Positions 24,608 to 37,401 are shown, numbered from the stretch's first letter. The stretch: DNA of 64,000 nucleotides from Octopus sinensis (GCF_006345805.1 NC_043023.1:4960001-5024000), one strand, 5' to 3'. Translations and numbers: made by a program. The notes: generated from the letters alone by a model not told the origin.

Positions 24608-25009
24608 GTAAGAGGATGTTGTTTAGCTCTGGCAGGCCTATAATCAAAGGTGTTCCAACTGCGACCATCTCATCTTTTATTCAGACATAGTGTATCTAGG
24701 ACTACATGTATAGTAGTTTGTATTAGCCGCTATTATCAAAGATGTTCCAGCTATGACCATCCCATCTATTATTCAGACGTATTGCATCTAGGATTATTAT
24801 TATTATTATTATTATTATTATCATCGTTATGGTTGTGGCCAGCTGAGCAAAATGTTTAGTAGTATTTTGCCTGTCTTTATGTTCTGAGTTCAAATTCCAC
24901 TGAGGTCACATTTACCTTTCCTCCTTTCAGGGTCAATAAATTAAGTACCAGTCAAGCACTGGGGTTGATGTGATGAATTTTACCCATCCCCACAAATTTC
25001 AGGCCAAAT

Positions 25010-25029
25010 TTCATCACCATCATCATCAC

Positions 25030-25070
<41 letters not shown>

Positions 25071-25164
25071 CCATCATCACCATCATCATCATCATCATTA
25101 TCATCATCACCACCATCATCATCACCATCATCATCATCATCATCTTTATCATCATCATCATCAT
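25010..25164. repeat. (CAT)n/(CAC) microsatellite
   Basis: Direct. Confidence 0.95.
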
Positions 25165-25511
25165 GCTGATGACTGCACTGCCTGACTGGCATCCATGCTA
25201 GTGGAATGTTAAGAGCACCATCCAAGTGTGATCGTTGCCAGGGCCGCTGACTGGCAGGTGGCATGTAAAAACACCATTTGAGTATGGCTGTTGCCAGTAC
25301 TGCCTGACTCACCCTCGTGCCGCCGGTGGCACGTAAAAACACTCACTACACTCTTAGGGTGGCTGGTGTTAGAAAGGACATCTAGCTGTAGAAACTCTGC
25401 CAGATCAGATTGGAGCCTGGTGCAGCCCTCTGGCTTGCCAGTCATCAGTCAAACCATCCAACCCATGCCAACATGGAAAGCGGACGTTAAACGATGATGA
25501 TGATGATGATG
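25165..25511 (+). mobile_element. RTE 3' UTR fragment
   Basis: Ends GGACGTTAAAC(GAT)n. Confidence 0.8.
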
Positions 25512-25520
25512 ATAATTATT

Positions 25521-25567
<47 letters not shown>

Positions 25568-25797
25568 TATTATTATTAACAATTATTATTATTATTATTA
25601 TTATTAACAATTATTATTATTATTATTAACAATTATTATTATTATTAACAATTATTATTATTATTAACAATTATTATTATCATTATTAACAATTATTATT
25701 ATTAACAATTATTATTATTAACAATTATTATTATCATTATTAACAATTATTATTATTATTATTATTATTATTAACAATTATTATTATTATCATTATT

Positions 25798-25828
<31 letters not shown>

Positions 25829-25843
25829 ACAATTATTATTATT

Positions 25844-25874
<31 letters not shown>

Positions 25875-25924
25875 ACAATTATTATTATTATTATTATTAA
25901 CAATTATTATTATTATTATTATCA
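25512..25924. repeat. (ATT)n microsatellite with AACA interruptions
   Basis: Direct. Confidence 0.95.
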
Positions 25925-25933
25925 ACTATGCAG

Positions 25934-26196
25934 GCTCAGACAAATTGTGAAAGTGTGAAATTGAAGCAAGACAAAGAGAAGTTGCAACAGAACATTGTTC
26001 AGTCTCCTGAGAAGACAAAGGAAAAGAGGAAATCGATGAAGGAGAAGGTGGAGAAGATGAAGGAAGAGATCCAGAGGAAAGTGAGTACTTTGTCAAATTA
26101 CAGCAGCAAGCTGAGCAGTATGACAAACTCTGAACACATGCAAGAGCAGATCTTACATCTCCTGCAAACCATGGAAGAGGATATGCAAAAACATGA
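25934..26196 (+). CDS. NUF2: NUF2 coding exon 8 (contains IVQSPEK)
   Basis: tgcag| and |gtgagt, phase 0-2. LKQDKEKLQQNIVQSPEKTKEKRKSMKEKVEKMK matches the conserved Nuf2 IVxSPEK coiled-coil break. Confidence 0.92.
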
Positions 26197-27073
26197 GTGA
26201 GTCAAACTTTTTGGTTATTGTTATGTTGTTGTTTAGCCCCAGGTCAGTCCTGATCCAGCTGGCCTATGATCAAAAATGAGAACATCTCATCTTTTATTCA
26301 GGCATAGTGTATCTAAGACTACATTATCTAATGTATAATATAGCAGTTAGTATTAGTGGGTATAGTTGTTGTTTAGCCCAAGGTCAATCCTGATCCAGCA
26401 GACCTATGATCAGAGATCTTCCAACTCCATTCCATCTTTTATTCAGATCTTTCTAGGACTATATTATCTAATCTATGATACAGTAGTTACCTACACCAAG
26501 GAAGGAGGTTATGTTTTATCGGCGTTGGCTTGTCCGTCTGTGTGCAAAATAACTCAAAAAGTTGTGAACAGTATTTAATGAAACTTGCAGGAAAAGTTGG
26601 TAATGACACAAGGAACAGATGATGAAATGTTGGTAGTGATCCAGGAATTTTATGGATTCTTGAAGGATTTTTCATTTGTTACATTTACTTTACATGAAGT
26701 ATTACAATATTATGTTCTTTGATTATCTCCCTTGAATACACATCATTTCCACGTAACCTATGGTGGAGTTGCTGTTTCCAAAGTTTATTTTCGTTTCTCT
26801 TTTAGTAATTTTACTCGCGTATCTATCTTAAAATTAGTGGTAGTAGTTGTTGTTGTTTAGTGCCAGGTCAGTCCTGATCCCTCAGGCTCATGATCAAAGA
26901 TGTTCCATCTGTGACCATCACATCTTTTACTCATAGTGTATCTAAGACTAGATTGTGTAGTGTGTTGTACAATAGTTGTTAATAGCTATGATTGTGGAGT
27001 TGGAAAGTTTGTATCCCAACTGGATAGTTTCAGATTCAGTGCCACTGTGTGGCACACTGGGCAATTGTCTTCT

Positions 27074-27104
<31 letters not shown>

Positions 27105-27114
<10 letters not shown>

Positions 27115-27452
27115 CTGAAGTTGTCTGTGTGTGTGTGTGGTAGGTTTGGTAGCCTTCAACTAATACTATCTCCTCTGAGACCCTGTGACACAAGTTGACC
27201 AAAATTGAGAGTATGATAGAAGAAGGCTTCCTCTTCATTCTGTAGAAGAAAAAAATTCAAATCAGACCAAAAATTATTTACATCAAAAAGGTGCTTTTTT
27301 TCTAAGAAAATCCCTATTTTTTACAATTTTTTGGTGTATTTCAACCAGAAAAATGTTCACTTAAAGAGGATAACAAGCTACATACTTTTCAAAAATTCCA
27401 ATTCTAAAGGGTCAAAAAGAAAACAAACCCGAGCAACACTGGGGTATACTGA
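27105..27452 (+). mobile_element. Non-autonomous Helitron (diverged)
   Basis: TATATATAAAG start, CCCGAGCAAC..GGG subterminal hairpin. Confidence 0.6.
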
Positions 27453-28205
27453 TATATATATATATATATATATATGATGATATATATATATATATATATG
27501 TATGTGTATATATATATATATACTAACTGACATCATCATCATCTTCATCGTTTAACGTCCACATTTATGTGCTTACTCTAGTATTTACAGACAGGTCATG
27601 GTTGACATATGACCTATCCAACTTACGATGATTCCTGTGCCCACTGCCGGCAGCAATAATAAAAAGTCCAGCTGAAATCTAATGGGAGTAATTTCTTAGA
27701 AATTAACCCACCTACTGATGATATCAGCTAAAAACCGTTTCCCCTAGGCTTGGTTATCCCGAGTGTCGGATGAATATCCTGTCGTGGAGACATCGAGGCA
27801 ATTTCGTATTTGTTTATAAGACAACTGTTTGAGAATCCAAAGTTTTTGACTAACATCAGTATAATAGTAGAGTACAGAACGCTGTGTGTGACTTTTACCT
27901 GAGAATGTACTTTAAGAATTTAAAAATATAAAACAAAGTTATGTAGGCCTATAGGCCGACTTACGACCAGTCAACCAGAACCAGTTATGGCTGTAAGTCG
28001 TCAACGACCTGTATATGTATATATATATATATATATATTATATATACTTTATTTAAAGCAGCAGAAAATTCAACAAAACCTGTTACTCTGCTGCTTTAAA
28101 TAAAGCATATAACTCTACCACTGGTATTTGAGTACTCTTTTTTTCCACCTTGTTTCACATTTATGTGTTTTCTCCGGTATATACATATATATATTTATAT
28201 ATAGA

Positions 28206-28704
28206 CTAGCAGTATCGCCCGGCGTTGCTCGGGTTTGTAAGGGAAGTAACTATATAAGCATTTTTAGAGAGTTACTTCCCTTATAGATGCCAAATCGGCC
28301 TTTCTTAGCCATTTCTGTTTTGGTGTCTTCAAGCCATGAAGTCGTTCTAAAAGAACGCTGGCCTCCTTGACAACGCATTACGACGTTGATTTCCTTAAAC
28401 TCCCTTCCCCACGGCTTCACGAGGGAGGGAAGAAGGGGGAGAAGCAAACACAGGTGCAGGTGTTTGAGCGTGGACGCCAACTCCGCCGCCATCGACACAC
28501 GAAAAATTATGCATTAAAATGGAATAAAAAAATGATGTTAAATTATTTTTTAAATCGTAGACTCATCGTAGACGCACGCTAATAGCCAGACGGGCTCGAT
28601 ATTAATCACGACTATAAGATACCCGAATTTGGTTAAACTGCACCGCAAAATGTGGGAGGAGTTAGGAATCTAAATCGTAGGAGACAGACACTCACACAAC
28701 TACA

Positions 28705-28715
<11 letters not shown>
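28206..28715 (-). mobile_element. Non-autonomous Helitron
   Basis: 3' end CCCGAGCAACGCCGGG hairpin followed by CTAG on the minus strand. Confidence 0.82.
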
Positions 28716-28757
<42 letters not shown>

Positions 28758-28888
28758 TTTATTTAAAGCAGCAGAAAATTTAACAAAACCTATTACTCTG
28801 CTGCTTTTAAATAAAGCATATTACTCTACCCCTGGTATTTGAGTGCTCTTTTTTTCCACCTTGTTTCACGTTTATGTGTTTTCTCCGG

Positions 28889-28920
<32 letters not shown>

Positions 28921-29123
28921 GCTTCTGCACGCATTTTTTTCTCTCCTTGTTTCTCTCCGTGTTTCTTTTCTGTGTATCTTTCTGTTGAAGAGTGTAGGCT
29001 CAAAATGTAAAAGACTTGTTTTATTTATATTTCCTGAGTGCCATACTAATACAATTGTCTGTTTGTACTCCACCTGCCTTCGTCTTTTGTTTATTTTCAT
29101 AAAGCTTCCCGTTATATATATAT

Positions 29124-30250
29124 AGATATTGTTATATTTAGGAATGGTCATATTGCCAGTTTAGCCAATAAAAACACACACACTATATATAGACTACCCC
29201 ACTAAACACCCCAACCATAGACTACCAGTACTAGACACTGAACTCTGGCTAGAAATTGTGAAAAATAAAACCCAAATCCTTCATTCATACTATGCAAAAC
29301 CTATGGCCTCAAAATACCTGATCCACCGGAACTCAGCCATTGCGGGCAATGCCAAATTCAATATTTTGATGGCAGACCTCGTCAGAATAATGAGAAATGT
29401 GTCACGCATGTGCGAGCCTACAGAATTAAAGAGACACATACAGTATTTCATTCACCGCATGCAGTTCTCAGGTTACAGCCATAAAGAAAGGGTCAGAGTA
29501 TACAAAGGAGCCATGAAGAAATTTGATAAATATTATGTAATGATAGGAATGGTATTTGCCCACTCTATAGAACAAGTCATGGAACACTATAGAAAGGACA
29601 AAAAAGAAAATAGGGAAGGCCAACTCTTGGTATGATAGCCATAAATACCAGAGTGTCATGTTCGTTGACACCACCCCTGGAGGTGAACTGGCGTACCGCT
29701 TTAGAAGGACCCTAGATAAACTTAAACTAAGAATTAAGGTTGTTGAAAAGCCAGGCAACCCTATCAGATCTATAATTGGTAGAGAGCTATCCTTTTAGTA
29801 GAACTCTCTGTCGGATAACTATTGCACTGTATGTAGATTTAGCCCACAAACAAACTGTAAAGCCAGAAATGTGGTCTATAGTATAAGATGTATAGAGGGA
29901 CGATGCAGTAACAAGACAGTAACATACGTAGGGGAAACAGCAAGAAGCATTGGTGAGCGGGTGAATGAACATTGGAGACAACTCAAGGAAGGTAAAAGCT
30001 CATCGATTCTGTACCAACACGCTGAACAAGAACACGGGGGATCAATCAATAACATAGAGATTAAGATATTGTCCACACATAGAACAGATGCAACAATTAG
30101 ACAAATTACAGAAGCTACACATAATAGAAAATAAACCTAGCCTGAATAGAAAACTAGAATGGAGCAATAGCGCACACCACAACATATGACGATAGTGGAT
30201 CCTGCAAACATAATAAATACACAGATAATTAAAGAAATAGAAATGAATAA
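29124..30250 (+). mobile_element. Penelope-like element, 5'-truncated (RT thumb plus GIY-YIG)
   Basis: YYAKPMASKYLIH...; VYSIRC....C....TYVGETARSIGERVNEH. Confidence 0.85.
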
Positions 30251-30295
30251 CTATATATATATATATGTGTGTATGTATATGTGTATATGTGTGTG

Positions 30296-30342
<47 letters not shown>

Positions 30343-30602
30343 CTACTGGTTGGCTACGCTGCATTGAAAAGGTTGCAATACTCCAAAAACGCTGTAGCTG
30401 CCGGCCAAGTAGTGTGGAGCGACTGCTGACCTCCCTTGTTCAAAGGTTATATGGATACAGTTTGTGTATCAAATAGCTAACTTAAGGCGATGGCCTCATG
30501 GGGCTAATAAGCAGTCAGCTTTATTCTTATTTTTATAAGAATGCCATATTGGTATGGCGATAACTAATATTTTATATATATATGTATATATATATATATA
30601 TA

Positions 30603-33244
30603 TAACGGGAAGCTTTATGAAAATAAACAAAAGACAAAGGCAGGTGGAAAACAAACGAACAATTGTATTAGTATGGCGCTCAGGAAATATAAATAAAACA
30701 AGTCTTTAACGTTTCGAGCCTACGCTCTTCAACAGAAAGATACACAGAGAGAGAAAAACACAGAAAGAAGGAGAGAAAAAAAATGCGTGCAGTAGCTAAC
30801 GAATCAACATGGCGATCTGATTTCGGCCAGAGGTCAAAGATCAAACATGAGACGCGAGAGCGAAATAAGGGGAGATAATAGGGGTGATAAACGGGTTGAG
30901 GGACCAGCTAAAAGTGCGTGGGAGGGGTCTGGATGTGTGTATGTATAGGGTTGGTGTTGTATTAGTATGTATAAGGGGGTGTGTGTGTGTGTGTGTGTGT
31001 ATGAGAGAGTATTAGTGCGTAAGATTGGTCTGGAGTGCGTATGTATGGGGTTGGTGTATGTATTAGTATGTATTAGTACGTATGGTATGTATAGGTGTGT
31101 GTGTGTGTGTGAGAGAGTATAAGTGCGTATGCGGAGTCTGGACGTGTGTATGTATAGGGTTGGTGTAAGTATTAGTATGTACTAGTATGTATTAGTACGT
31201 ATTAGTATGTATTAGTTGGTGTGTGTATTAGTATGGCACATCATATGTGATGTGATGTGTAAAGTCATGTGGTGTAGTGAGGAGAGAGGGGGGAGAAGGG
31301 GAGGGTAAGAAGAGGGGAGGAGGGGGAGGGGAGGAGAAGGGGAAGAGGAGACGATGGGGGAGAAGGAAGGTGAGGAGGGGGATGAAGGAGGAAAGAGGGA
31401 GTGAGGGAGCAGAGGGAGGGAGAAAGAGGGAAGAAGGGAAGGGGAGTAGGGGTGAAAGGATGAAGGACTGAAGAAGTAGGGGTCGGGGGAGAAAGGATAG
31501 GTGAGGAGGGGGGAGAGGGGGGTTAGATGAGGAGGGGGGAGAGTTGAGACCAAATGGCGTATAAGAGCGAAGAGAGAAGATTAATTCCTGTTCACGGTGC
31601 AAACAGGAATCCGGATGGCCTCTGTGTAAGGACAAACCGAACACAGATAGGTGTTGCAAGGAGTGACCGGTGGAGTGGAAATGGCGTGAGACCGGTGTGT
31701 CGTTCGCAAGGTGGATGTCACGAAGGTGTTCCGCGAACCGGTCAGCCAAGCGGCGTCCCGTTTGTCCGATGTACAAGGAATTGCAGAGAGAGCAAGAGAT
31801 GCAATAGATAATATTGCTGGAGGTGCAGGTGAAGGAGTGGATGATGGATAGGGTCGATGGTGGGTGCCAGTGAGGCGGGTGGTGTTGGAGAGGTAAGGGC
31901 AAGTGCGGCAACGTGGGCGGGAGCAGGGGAACGAGCCGGGTTGGGAGGTAGGGTCAGGGAAGAGCTATGGACCAAAAGGTCTCGAAGGTTGTGGGCTCGT
32001 TTGAAAGAGGGGAGGTCGGTTAGGGAAGAGTGTGAAGTGGACGGGTCGGACTGGAGATGACGGAAAGCTCGAAGAATGGTGCGTTGGAGACGTAGGGTCG
32101 TGGGGTGGTAAGTGAGGGGAAAAGGGAGGCGGGAGACTACAGGGCGGGTTCGGGGAGAGAGAGCAGATACACGGTCACGGACCGTGCTCTGGCAAGGGCG
32201 GTGTGGATAGTGGTGAGGGGGTATCCACGTAGGGTGAAGTGGTGAGCCATACGTTGAGACTGAGTCTCAAAGTCATGGTCGTCACTACAGAGCCTACGTA
32301 GACGGAGGAATTGGGAATAGGGGATGGAAAGCTGGTGTGTTCTGGGTGGGAGGAAGAGAAGTTGAGGTATGAGTGTGAGTCTGTGTGTTTGTAGTGAATG
32401 GAGGTGGTAAGAGTGGAGTGAAGAATGCTAACCGAAATGTCGAGGAAGGAGACAGAGTGTGTTGGAGATAGGAAGTGAAGTGGAGGGCTGGATGGAAAGA
32501 TTGGATGAAGAGAGGAAGGAATCTAGATGTTCGCGGGAGAGTGAGGTGGCACCGATAATGTCGTCAATATAACGACCATATAGTTCAGGAGTGGGACCAG
32601 TGAAATTAGAGAATATTTGGGCCTCAACATAGCCAACGAACAGGTTCGCATAGTTGGGGCCCATTCGCGTTCCCATGGCCACTCCCGAGACCTGATGGTA
32701 GAACTCGCCGCGCGCGAGAAGCAGTTCAGAGTAAGGACATTCGGCCAGACGAATGAGTGTGGAGTGTCAGGTACAGGGTTAGAGCGGAGGTCAAGAAAGT
32801 GTCGAAGGGCCTGCAGTCCTTCGTGGTGAGGGATAACAGTATAGAGGCTTTGGATGTACATAGTAAAAAGGATTTTGGAGGAGCCGGGAGGAAAGGAGAA
32901 AGAGTTGAAAAGCCGAGAGCATGGTTGGTATCGTGGATGTGGGGGAAGAGATGCCACTAGGGGGGCAAGGACACGGTCGAGGTATTTAGAGATGAGCTCC
33001 GTGGGGCAGTTACAGGCGGAGACGATGGGGCGGCCAGGGTTGTTGGGTTTGTGGATTTTGGGGAGGAAGTAAATGGTGGGGGTACGTGGGGTTCGCACAA
33101 TTAGGTTGGATGCGGTGCGGGGGAGACGGGAGGACGAGATGAGGTCTTGGACAGTAGAGGATACCGTCTGTTGGTAGCTACGTGTGAGGTTAGAGGGCAG
33201 AGGGGAATAGAAGGAGGTGTCATTGAGTTGGCGGAATGCCTCGG

Positions 33245-33247
<3 letters not shown>
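30603..33247 (-). mobile_element. Penelope-like element (Neptune-type), frameshifted
   Basis: IYFLPKIHKPNNPGRPIVS, AMGTRMGPNYANLF, RYIDDI, linker PCSRPRCRTC, NIIYCISCSLCNSLYIGQTGRRLADRFAEH. Confidence 0.92.
30703..30740 (-). ncRNA. Minimal hammerhead-ribozyme-like motif in the PLE 3' repeat
   Basis: TCTTT-CTGTTGA-A-GAGC(GTAG)GCTC-GAAA-CGTT-AAAGA: stems I and II, palindromic stem III. Core has U in place of A (CUGUUGA). Confidence 0.55.
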
Positions 33248-33289
<42 letters not shown>

Positions 33290-33298
<9 letters not shown>

Positions 33299-34070
33299 TT
33301 CAATTAGATTTATTATTATTACTAATTTTGTTGTTATACATACATACAAGCATATGTAATGATAATAATGGGTGGATGTAAACACATGAACAAAATTAGA
33401 ACAAAAGCAACAACAACAAAAACAAAATACAAATTACAAGAATGTATATAACCAGAAGATACAAATATTACAGGCATCCCCCCCACACACACACTAAATA
33501 AACATAGACGCACATAGAGATATAAGCATGCGCAAATGAAGACATACAATAGAAATACAAAATGGCTGACGGTTAGAAGGAGAGACACAAGTAAGTGAGA
33601 AGAAAACAAAGGACCACTGATGCGGTCACAGGAGTGTGACGAAAGAACTTTGGCCGAAATAAGATTAAGATTAATGTAAGAATAAATATCACTGAAGCAA
33701 AATAACACCAAATATATAGTGCGTGTGTTTTTATTGGCTAAACTGGCAATATGACCATTCCGAAATATAACAATATCTGTTTCAACACACGACTTCACAT
33801 AAAAAATCTTGCACAACAAATATTTAAACGTATATATATAGATATATACTTAAATGAATAAAATGCATGATGGATATGTATTAGGTCATTACAGCTGTTT
33901 CTTAAGTTTTTACAAAACAAAAGTTTTCTCAGGAATGCTGCGGAGATGTGTCTGTTGAGACCAAGCTATAGAAAGGGAAATGACCTATAATGTTAGCCGT
34001 TAAGATGTGGTTCTTGAGAGAGTGTAATATGATGCGTGTGTTTGTTGGAATTTTCTATGTTGGAATTTTT
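33290..34070 (-). mobile_element. Probable Penelope-like pLTR
   Basis: 33712-33779 is the inverse of 29124-29190. Degenerate hammerhead-like GAAACAGCTGTA at about 33885-33938. Confidence 0.5.
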
Positions 34071-34134
34071 TTCCTAATGGTTGTTGCCATCTAATTTCTT
34101 ATTATCGTTATAATTATCCACCTACCACGAACAG

Positions 34135-34326
34135 GAAGATCAAGAATGAAATCAAAGCATTTATGGAGCTGAGTGTTGTGAATTCCATGAAGTTGAAGTC
34201 ATTCCAGTTAGAAGAGAGCGAATTGGTTGATGCCCAAGCCCTCATCCAGGAGCGATATGAAAATCTTCAGACTCAGAAGAGAGTTCGTTTGCGCGACCTT
34301 GACGCTCGTTCTTCGGCACAAGCTGA
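34135..34326 (+). CDS. NUF2: NUF2 coding exon 9 (KIKNEIKAFMELSVVNSMKLKSFQLEE...SSAQA)
   Basis: aacag| and |gtgagt, 192 nt, phase 2-2, open, coiled-coil composition. Confidence 0.85.
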
Positions 34327-34359
34327 GTGAGTATTTAATTTTATTCTTCCTTTTCTCTT

Positions 34360-35823
34360 TCTTTCTTTCTTTCTTTCTTTTTCTTCCAATTCTTCTCCTC
34401 CCCTCCTCCTCCTTCCAATTCTCATTCTTCTTCCAATTCTTCTTCTTCCAATTCTTATTTTTCTTTTCTTCTTCTTTTTCTCATTCTTCTTCTTCCTCTA
34501 CTTCTTCTTCTTCATCTCATTCTTCTTCTTCCAATTCTTCTTCTTCCTTCTTTCTTCTTCTTCTTCTTCTTCCTCTACTTCTTCATCTCATTCTTCTTCT
34601 TCCAATTCTTCTTCTTCCTTCTTTCTTCTTCTTCTTCTTCTTCTTCCAATTCTTCTTCTTCTTCTTCCAATTCTTCTTCTTCTTCTTCCAATTCTTCTTC
34701 TTCTCCTTCTTCTTCTTCTTCTTCCAATTCTTCTTCTTCTTCCATTCTTCTCCTTCTCCTTCTCCTTCTTCTTCTCCTTCTTCTTCTTCTTCTTCTCTTC
34801 TTCTTCTTCATTCTTCTCCTTCTTCTTCTTCTCCTTCTTTTTCCATTCTTCTTCTTCTTCCTTCTTCTCCTTCTTCTTCTTCCAATTCTTCTTCTTCTCC
34901 TTCTTCTTTCCATTCTTCCTTCTCTTCTCCTTCTTTTTTTCCATTCTTCTTCTTCTTCTTTTCTCTTCTTCTTCTTCTCCTTCTTCTTCTTCCAATTCTT
35001 CTTCTTCTTCTTCTTCTTCTTCTTCTTCTTCCATTCTCTTTTCTTCTTCCAATTCTTCTTCTCCTTCTTCTCTCCAATTCTTCTTCTTCTTCCATTCTTC
35101 TCCTTCTTCTTCTTCTTCTTCTTCTTCTTCCATTCTTCTTCTTCTTCCAATTCTTCTTTTCTTCCATTCTTCTCCTTCTTCTTCTTCTTCTTCTTCTTCT
35201 TCCAATTCTTCTTCTTCTTCAATCTTCTTCTTCTCCTCTTTCTTCCAATTCTTCTTCTTCTCCTTCTTCTTCTTCTTCCATTCTCTTCTTCTTCCATTCT
35301 CTCCTTCTCCTTCTTCTTCTCTTCTTCTTCTTCTTCTTCTTCTTCTTCTTCTTCTTCCATTCTTCTCCTTCTTCTTCTTCTCCTTCTTCTTCTTCCAATT
35401 CTTCTTCTTCTTCCATTCTTCTCCTTCTTCTTCTTCCAATTCTTCTTCTCCTTCTTCTTCTTCCATTCTTCTCCTTCTTCTTCTCCTTCTTCTTCTTCCA
35501 TTCTTCTTCTTCTTCTTCTTCTTCTTCTTCTTCTCCTTCTTCTTCTTCCAATTCTTCTTCTTCTTCTTCTTCTTCTTCTTCTTCTTCAATTCTTCTTCTT
35601 CTTCCAATTCTTCTTCTCCTTCTTCTTCTTCCAATTCTTCTTCTTCTTCCATTCTTCTCCTTCTTCTTCTTCTTCTTCTTCTTCTTCTTCCAATTCTTCT
35701 TCTTCTTCAATTCTTCTTCTTCTCCTTCTTCTTCTTCTTCCAATTCTTCTTCTTCTCCTTCTTCTTCTTCCAATTCTTCTTCTTCTTCCATTCTTCTCCT
35801 TCTTCTTCTTCTTCTTCTTCTTC
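34360..35823. repeat. Interrupted (CTT)n/(GAA)n tract of about 1.46 kb
   Basis: CTT units with recurring CCAATT/CCATT/CTC interruptions. Confidence 0.95.
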
Positions 35824-36699
35824 CACAACATAGTGCCATTCTTTGGATAGCATGCCACTATGTGCTTGTTGTGACTATCTGCACCAGAGTTCAAATCCTA
35901 TCGAAGTCAAAATTTCCTTTCATCTTTTTGGGAATCAATTAAAAAAGGGGGGGTGGGGGGGAGAAAAACCCCATAAGTCAAGACTGTGGTTAAGAAGCTT
36001 CCTTTGTAGCCATGTGATTTCAGGTTCAGTCCCACTCCACAGCACTTTGCACATATGTCTTCTACTTTAGCTCTAGGCCAACCAATGCCTGGTGAGTAAC
36101 TTCGGTGGATGGAAACTGTGTGGAAGCCCACCTTGTATATTTATGTATGTGCATGTGTATGTGTGTGTATATTATATATATATATATATATATATACATA
36201 CACACACACACACACACACACATAGGTGCCAGCATGACTGTGTGGTAAGAAGCTTGCTTCCCAACTACATGGTCCCAGGTTCAGTTCCACTTCATGGGAC
36301 ATTGGGCAAGTCCAAATTCTGCCAAGGTCAATTTTGTCTTTCATTCTTTCAGAATATATGTGTGTGTCTGTTTGTCCTTTTCATCACCAATTGACAACTG
36401 GTGTTGATGTGTTTACATCCCTGTAATCTAGCAGTTTGGCAAAAGAGACTGATACTGGGGTCAATTTATTCGGCTAAAACCCATCAAAGTGGTGCTGCAG
36501 TCAAATGACTGAAACAAGTAGAAAAGAATATATATATATATATATATACATATATATACATATATATACATATAGATGTAGGTACGTACATATATATGTA
36601 TGTATGCATATATTTTATTTATTAAATTATCATATGACTGAGCGCCCTCGCGTTGTTTCGTTTCTTTTCTCCAAGTAAGTTTATATATATATATATATA

Positions 36700-37066
36700 C
36701 TCTTGTTTCAGTCATTTGACTGTGGCCATGCTGGGGCACCACCATTAGTCGAGAAAATCAAATCCCAGGACTTATTCTTTGTAAGCCTAGTATTTATTCT
36801 ATCGGTCTCTTTTGCCGAACCGCTAAGTTACAAGAATGTAAACACACCAGCATCGGTTGTCAAGCGATGTTGGGGGGACAAACACACACAAATATATAAA
36901 CATATATACGACGGGCTTCTTTCAGTTTCCGTCTACCAAATCTACTCACAAGGCTTTGGTCAGCCCATGGCTATAGTAGAAGACACTTGCCCAAGATGCC
37001 ACGCTGTCGGACTGAACCCGGAACCGTGTGGTTGTTAAGTAAGCTACCTACCACACAGCCACTCCT
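36700..37066 (-). mobile_element. SINE family A
   Basis: Reverse copy. Confidence 0.85.
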
Positions 37067-37401
37067 ATATAAACAAAACAAGAATGTTACAGGCAACAGC
37101 AAAACATCTGGACAGTTTAGACAATTGATACAAATAAGGACAGGAAAAAACAAGGATGGGTCATATTGTCAGTCCAGTTGCAGTTTTGGTTGAGTCAGAG
37201 TAGCACCCAATTCCTGTTTTAGGGTTGATATGTATAACCTCCTAACTGGGAGATATATTTGACTCTTAATTCTTGTTTTATGGGTTTGGGATATCAAAGA
37301 GTATTATCAACATGGTACATGATCCAGATTTAGTAACTTTGAAAGCTGTCAGTAATAACCTGCAAAACAACACAGGCGTGATTCCCATAAACTGGGGGCT
37401 A

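Noticed and set aside
24952-25342. Poly-His, poly-Asp and poly-Met ORFs; likewise poly-Asn/Ile ORFs at 39343-39997
   Set aside because: Triplet microsatellite translations without splice support.
30603-33247. Intact or domesticated reverse transcriptase gene
   Set aside because: 5'-truncated with many frameshifts. Some may be sequencing indels, but nothing supports host function.
34227-35942. 571-aa and other long ORFs (poly-F/S/L, poly-E/K/R)
   Set aside because: Stop-free translation of the (CTT)n tract; not protein-like.
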